This document shows, one piece after another, positions 61,201-64,000 of a stretch of 64,000 bases of DNA. A program made the position numbers and the translations under genes. The stretch is from Octopus bimaculoides (taxonomy: Eukaryota). Below the pieces are notes generated by a model. The model was not told the origin of the DNA. It saw only the letters and a list, made by a program, of their open reading frames with translations, and did not search any database. Each line of letters starts with the position of its first letter. Within the stretch, counting starts at the first letter, position 1. The stretch spans positions 47,947,063-48,011,062 of the forward strand of contig NC_068999.1 of the NCBI RefSeq assembly GCF_001194135.2, given 5' to 3'.

Positions 61201-62744
61201 ATAATGACTAAAGAGCTGGAAACGTTGCATCTGGGAATCTGACAGGGGCAACACTGGGCAGACATGGTGTTTTTACACCTTATAACCTAAGAGAGAATTA
61301 TTTTCTCCACAGTAACTGCAGTGAATTTGCCTTCAGAAGTTGAAATATATCACAAACATATTTTAACTCACCTAAACTTTGCTTATTATTTTCTGTTCTA
61401 GTAATATACATTTTATTATATAATAGTAATTTTTTTCTTTGTTTCTTTTTAAAGGTTGACATAAGTAAAGTAATGGCCGTATGCAAATTACTTGAATCCC
61501 TTTTGTTTTACAACGATGTTCCCATCAACTTCTATATGGACCCTAATAAACTTAACCCTTTACTCTGTGCCTCGTTCATCTTCAGCTACCTTTGGGGATT
61601 GGGAGGTAGCATTCTTGAATCTCATTGGGATGCTTTTGATAGTTTTATCAGAAACCTGTTTGAAGATAATGCAGATGCTAGGGTATGTATAAAAGTTTTC
61701 AAAAATATCCATCCATCCATCCATCCATCCATCCATCCATCCATCCATCCATCCATCCATCCATCCATCCATCCATCCATCCATCCATCCATCCATCCAT
61801 CTACTCACTCCTTTATATATTTATTCATTTCATTTATGCACTTGAAAATAATTACATGAATGTTATTTCTACATAAATGGCAGAAAATATAAAATTAAAT
61901 GTTTAATTGAGATGGTTGATTTATCAGATTTGGTTAGACCAATTTCTGCAGCAAATTCAAAACAATGGTATTTCACAAATAAATAAAACTTAACCTAATT
62001 AAACCCATTATTTTGTTGTTTTTGCATACATCACCCTCTTTTGGCCACCCCATTCCATTATCGCATGGCTTTTCTTCATCCCCCACCCCTGGATCTTTCC
62101 ACCCCCAACAGAAAGGCAGTACTACCCATTTTGGAAACCACTGATTTATGCAATTAACCAATTGATTGTTTGGTTAATCAATCAAATGGTTATGTTTATC
62201 AAAGTCCTTTCATCGCCATTCATGACCTTATCAAGGTTGACCGTATCAAGGACATGCCCACTCTTCTCCAGAACTTTGACAAAACTAACTGATTTATTGA
62301 TTACCCAAATGATTAATGAAAACAATCAATTAGTTAATTGGCTAAATGGTTAACTAATGGACTAACACAAAGCAAAAATAAAGAAGTGAAACAAAACCAG
62401 TCCGTGTGTTTATTATTGATGCAATGACTCTCCCAAGATCTAGCAAAATCTTTTTGTAAGTTTCTCAATAAATCGTTTCTTTCTTAGTAAATCTTTTATC
62501 TCCTATGTTGTTACTATTTCAGCTTCCCGTCAGTGGAGATTTGTGGAGTTGTTACATTGACTTTGAATCACGGCGATTTGAATTTTGGGATAAAATTGTC
62601 CCCAGTTTTAAATATGACCGAAATGTCCCATATTACAACATTGTAGTTCAAACAGTCGACACCATACGCTATGGTTATCTTCTTCAGAAATTTTTATGCA
62701 TTAAGCACCCTGTATTACTGACTGGAGACACAGGTGTTGGAAAA
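21005..62744 (+). CDS. DNAH6: Axonemal inner-arm dynein heavy chain, DNAH6-like; 40 coding exons in window (6255 nt, 2085 aa), 3'-incomplete
   Basis: All junctions are GT-AG with continuous phase. Tail/linker motifs match DNAH6 as I recall it ([62 protein letters not shown]). P-loops: AAA1 [11 protein letters not shown]2 [11 protein letters not shown]3 GDTGVGK. Confidence 0.93.
21614..21790 (+). CDS. DNAH6: Dynein coding exon 2
   Basis: PKLHNDKSQ...HSKT|GTAAGA. Confidence 0.7.
22924..23026 (+). CDS. DNAH6: Dynein coding exon 3
   Basis: ETESYDEKP...NKTH, phase 1. Confidence 0.7.
23760..24110 (-). mobile_element. L2/CR1-like LINE 3' fragment
   Basis: Minus strand [22 protein letters not shown] resembles a decayed L2/CR1 ORF2 tail. 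Confidence 0.45.
24197..24329 (+). CDS. DNAH6: Dynein coding exon 4
   Basis: [21 protein letters not shown], phase 2. Confidence 0.85.
24450..24784. mobile_element. piggyBac-type MITE, family P2
   Basis: TTAA|CCCATTACCT...AGGTAATGGG|TTAA; contains a 10-N gap. Confidence 0.75.
25627..25774 (+). CDS. DNAH6: Dynein coding exon 5
   Basis: [16 protein letters not shown]...WEQEY. Confidence 0.9.
26163..26285 (+). CDS. DNAH6: Dynein coding exon 6
   Basis: [13 protein letters not shown]...NLFIVNE. Confidence 0.9.
27139..27273 (+). CDS. DNAH6: Dynein coding exon 7
   Basis: [13 protein letters not shown]...LQE. Confidence 0.9.
28483..28612 (+). CDS. DNAH6: Dynein coding exon 8
   Basis: [16 protein letters not shown]...GFTPDD, phase 1. 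Confidence 0.9.
28826..28968 (+). mobile_element. SINE family C 3' half with (GAT)n tail
   Basis: aagggcatccagctgtagaaactctgcc…ccatgctagcatggaaagcggacgttaaacgatgatgat. Near-identical copy at 46760-46945; degraded copies at 22250-22370, 23160-23370, 40370-40630, 44560-44775, 53860-54050 and others. Confidence 0.85.
28995..29112 (+). CDS. DNAH6: Dynein coding exon 9
   Basis: [18 protein letters not shown], phase 2. Confidence 0.9.
29701..29999 (+). mobile_element. tRNA-derived SINE with V-domain-like core
   Basis: A-box TGGCCCAGTGG (29711-29721), B-box GGTTTCGATTCC (29754-29765), GCTGCAATGGACTAGCATCCTGTCCAG (29906-29932) and GGAAACCGGG, resembling the V-SINE core. Confidence 0.65.
30653..30818 (+). 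CDS. DNAH6: Dynein coding exon 10
   Basis: [21 protein letters not shown]. Confidence 0.9.
31928..32166 (+). CDS. DNAH6: Dynein coding exon 11
   Basis: [11 protein letters not shown]...YFDAFT, phase 2. Confidence 0.88.
32717..32825 (+). CDS. DNAH6: Dynein coding exon 12
   Basis: [18 protein letters not shown]. Confidence 0.9.
33790..33910 (+). CDS. DNAH6: Dynein coding exon 13
   Basis: [13 protein letters not shown]...FYQENE, phase 1. Confidence 0.88.
35004..35158 (+). CDS. DNAH6: Dynein coding exon 14
   Basis: [23 protein letters not shown]. Confidence 0.9.
35726..35878 (+). CDS. DNAH6: Dynein coding exon 15
   Basis: [13 protein letters not shown]...FLNQIQER. Confidence 0.9.
36057..37265 (-). 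mobile_element. Chapaev3 (CMC superfamily) internally deleted transposon
   Basis: TTA|CACTGGACAACAAAA...TTTTGTTGCCCAGTG|TTA (TIR 14/15, 3-bp TSD). Minus ORF 36360-36554 [31 protein letters not shown] matches the Chapaev3 transposase C-terminus. Confidence 0.85.
37311..37412 (+). CDS. DNAH6: Dynein coding exon 16
   Basis: IEPLEDE...[10 protein letters not shown]. Confidence 0.9.
38452..38601 (+). CDS. DNAH6: Dynein coding exon 17
   Basis: [21 protein letters not shown]. Confidence 0.9.
39303..39431 (+). CDS. DNAH6: Dynein coding exon 18
   Basis: [11 protein letters not shown]...YKSYQKDFN. Confidence 0.9.
40802..40915 (+). CDS. DNAH6: Dynein coding exon 19
   Basis: [23 protein letters not shown]. 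Confidence 0.9.
41998..42141 (+). CDS. DNAH6: Dynein coding exon 20
   Basis: [14 protein letters not shown]. Confidence 0.92.
42235..42660 (+). mobile_element. RTE-clade LINE RT fragment
   Basis: [38 protein letters not shown], with stops. Confidence 0.8.
42770..42986. mobile_element. Mariner-type MITE
   Basis: TA|CAAGAGGGTGCTGAAAAGT...ACTTTTCAGCACTCCCTCG|TA. Confidence 0.75.
43222..43431 (+). CDS. DNAH6: Dynein coding exon 21
   Basis: [20 protein letters not shown]...LELILKK. Confidence 0.93.
43532..43744 (+). CDS. DNAH6: Dynein coding exon 22
   Basis: [10 protein letters not shown]...ILGGTDDIQ. Confidence 0.93.
44838..45018 (+). CDS. DNAH6: Dynein coding exon 23
   Basis: [17 protein letters not shown], phase 1. 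Confidence 0.95.
45595..45691 (+). CDS. DNAH6: Dynein coding exon 24
   Basis: [14 protein letters not shown], phase 2. Confidence 0.95.
45929..46074 (+). CDS. DNAH6: Dynein coding exon 25
   Basis: [13 protein letters not shown]; donor GTTGGT, phase 1. Confidence 0.9.
46345..46600 (+). mobile_element. Mariner transposase relic
   Basis: [37 protein letters not shown]. Confidence 0.7.
47090..47305 (+). mobile_element. SINE family A 3' part (…ggccgcagtcaaatgactgaaa… with (AAAAGAAT)n tail)
   Basis: Same family inverted at 1-75, 2600-2660, 20720-20880, 22030-22230, 23470-23640, 52880-53080 and as a tandem dimer at 58870-59060. Confidence 0.8.
47444..47529 (+). CDS. DNAH6: Dynein coding exon 26
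   Basis: [13 protein letters not shown]. Confidence 0.92.
47873..48019 (+). CDS. DNAH6: Dynein coding exon 27
   Basis: [19 protein letters not shown]. Confidence 0.95.
48882..48992 (+). CDS. DNAH6: Dynein coding exon 28
   Basis: [12 protein letters not shown]. Confidence 0.93.
50184..50309 (+). CDS. DNAH6: Dynein coding exon 29
   Basis: [13 protein letters not shown]. Confidence 0.95.
51100..51255 (+). CDS. DNAH6: Dynein coding exon 30
   Basis: [12 protein letters not shown]...[15 protein letters not shown]. Confidence 0.95.
51420..51960 (-). mobile_element. RTE LINE endonuclease-domain relic
   Basis: Decayed minus-strand text resembling KW..P..RY..IDY..YPG..SDH of APE endonucleases. Confidence 0.5.
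52546..52707 (+). CDS. DNAH6: Dynein coding exon 31 (AAA1 Walker A)
   Basis: DRCY...[16 protein letters not shown]. Confidence 0.97.
53391..53528 (+). CDS. DNAH6: Dynein coding exon 32 (AAA1 Walker B)
   Basis: [10 protein letters not shown]. Confidence 0.97.
54497..54650 (+). CDS. DNAH6: Dynein coding exon 33 (AAA1 sensor I)
   Basis: [24 protein letters not shown], phase 1. Confidence 0.97.
55773..56044 (+). CDS. DNAH6: Dynein coding exon 34 (AAA1 sensor II)
   Basis: [21 protein letters not shown]. Confidence 0.97.
56184..56791 (-). mobile_element. Mariner transposase relic
   Basis: [35 protein letters not shown] and [14 protein letters not shown] (first catalytic Asp motif). Confidence 0.9.
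57449..57661 (+). CDS. DNAH6: Dynein coding exon 35 (AAA2 Walker A)
   Basis: [17 protein letters not shown]; two possible donors (57662, 58081), see findings. Confidence 0.95.
57744..57963. mobile_element. piggyBac-type MITE (family P3) nested in a SINE
   Basis: TTAA|CCCTTTCGTTAC...GTAACGAAAGGG|TTAA, perfect 12-bp TIR. Removing it restores the SINE text gtcgaTTAAataagtacc. Confidence 0.9.
58673..58858 (+). CDS. DNAH6: Dynein coding exon 36
   Basis: LNPKS..ELYG..EWHDG. Confidence 0.95.
59254..59450 (+). CDS. DNAH6: Dynein coding exon 37
   Basis: [20 protein letters not shown]...ASPATVSR, phase 2. Confidence 0.97.
59730..59910 (+). CDS. DNAH6: Dynein coding exon 38
   Basis: [17 protein letters not shown]. 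Confidence 0.95.
61455..61682 (+). CDS. DNAH6: Dynein coding exon 39
   Basis: VDISKV...[11 protein letters not shown]. Confidence 0.95.
61708..61802. repeat. (CCAT)n microsatellite; other long SSRs include (ATT)n 7729-7787 and 32550-32661, (TG)n 44113-44236, (TCT/TCC)n 56975-57150, (GAT)n 58206-58257
   Basis: Read directly. Confidence 0.95.
62523..62744 (+). CDS. DNAH6: Dynein coding exon 40 (AAA3 Walker A)
   Basis: DTIRYGYLL...[12 protein letters not shown]|GTAAGT. Confidence 0.95.
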
Positions 62745-63111
62745 GTAAGTTTTTCATATTGTCATTAAAAACAATTAGTGAAAATATTTATATAGATATA
62801 AATAACTGCAATGATGAAACCTGGTTCGAGAAACGATGAATAGGTTTGAGGCAGGGACCTGTTTGCTAATAAGCAAGTCAAACTGTGTGACTCCACATTT
62901 TGAATGGTGCTTATGATCTTGAGATGAAGGACTTAAGATTGAACACTAGTGAGTAGATCCTATTGGTGGAGTCTCACATCAATTTTGGGGTCATCAAAAG
63001 GAAAGCCCCAAAATGGTGTGCATTCTCTCCTGATGACCCCTGAAAGCTCCTGGCATCTGGTATGCTTTTGATTCACAGCACTTGCACAAGTGAGTTGCTT
63101 GCAAATTTCTT

Positions 63112-63342
63112 ATTTCATTATTGCCCACAAGGGGCTAAACATAGAGGGGACAAACAAGGACAGACAAAGGGATTAAGTCGATTACATCGACCCCAGTGTG
63201 TAACTGGTACTTAATTTATTGACCCCGAAAGGGTGATAGGTAAAGTTGACCTCGGCGGAATTTGAACTCAGAACATATCGGTAGATGAAATACCTCTAAG
63301 CATTTCGCCCGGCGTGCTAACATTTCTGCCAGCTCACCGCCT
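63112..63342 (-). mobile_element. Full-length young SINE (family B) with perfect 17-bp TSD
   Basis: TSD TTGCTTGCAAATTTCTT at 63095-63111 and 63343-63359. Another full copy at 33443-33659 has TSD AATATTTACACACTATT. Confidence 0.9.
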
Positions 63343-63695
63343 TTGCTTGCAAATTTCTTTCAGTCTTTGATATAAGCATACATAAATATGAAGCTAATTA
63401 AAAATCCTACCGTTTATTTAAAAACAACCAAAGATAAATTCAGTTGTCCTGTTGGCCATAATACATTGCGAGCAGTAATTTATTCCTATGCTTTTTGTGA
63501 CACAGGTCCAGGCATGACTGTGTGGTAAGAAGTCTGCTTCCCAGCCACTTAATTCTAGGTTCAGTCCCACTGCGTGACACCTTGGGTAGGTGTCTTCTAC
63601 TATAGTCCCTGGCCAACCAAAGCCTTATGAATGGATTTGGTAGATGGAAACTGAAAGAAGCTCATCATATTTATATATATATATATATATGTATG

Positions 63696-63740
<45 letters not shown>

Positions 63741-64000
63741 TATATATATTCCCCTTGACTGGTTCCCCTTCTGGTGGCGTGTAAAATGCATCATCTGAAC
63801 ATGGCCAATACCAGTACCCCTTGACAAGCTCCTATGCTGGTGGCATGTAAAAAGTTCTGTCTGAATGTGATTGATGCTAAACCCACCTGACTGACTCCTG
63901 TGCTGGTGGCACATAAAAAGCACCCACTACACTCTCGGAGTGGTTGGTGTTAGGAAGAGCATCCAGCTGTTGCTGCTGTTGATGATGATGATGATGATGA

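Noticed and set aside
8311-62744. LPMO and dynein as a functionally linked system
   Set aside because: Only adjacency on the same strand; separate promoter signals, opposite CpG signatures and no known shared pathway.
62811-62860. ATGATGA box-C-like motif with a short hairpin (intronic snoRNA?)
   Set aside because: No properly placed box D or terminal stem.

Overview
AT-rich, microsatellite- and TE-dense animal genomic DNA with six N-gaps. The SINE/MITE repertoire suggests a coleoid cephalopod, probably Octopus (inference, not a database result). I reconstructed two spliced + strand genes by hand from GT-AG junctions with continuous reading phase. (1) A 3-exon, 313-aa secreted AA15-type lytic polysaccharide monooxygenase (8311-13861) with a His1 brace and a small Cys-rich C-terminal module. 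(2) The 5' half of an axonemal inner-arm dynein heavy chain, DNAH6-like: ATG 21005, 40 coding exons to 62744 giving 2085 aa through the AAA3 P-loop, continuing beyond the window. A probable non-coding first exon and RFX X-box lie near 19.05-19.12 kb. The rest is TE debris: RTE, CR1/L2 and R4/Dong LINE relics, mariner relics, a Chapaev3 derivative, piggyBac-type MITEs, a Ginger-like foldback, a solo LTR, Helitron/Helentron-like elements and many SINEs. I found no wholly new multi-gene system. The strongest observations are: a SINE insertion whose 13-bp TSD duplicated a dynein splice donor and left a competing poison donor; a Gly-to-Asp change in the near-invariant AAA1 MNPGY motif that one A-to-I edit would reverse, in an exon bracketed by inverted MITEs; a sharp CpG-decay contrast between the dynein body and the LPMO region; and non-canonical LPMO copper-site residues plus an unassigned Cys module.
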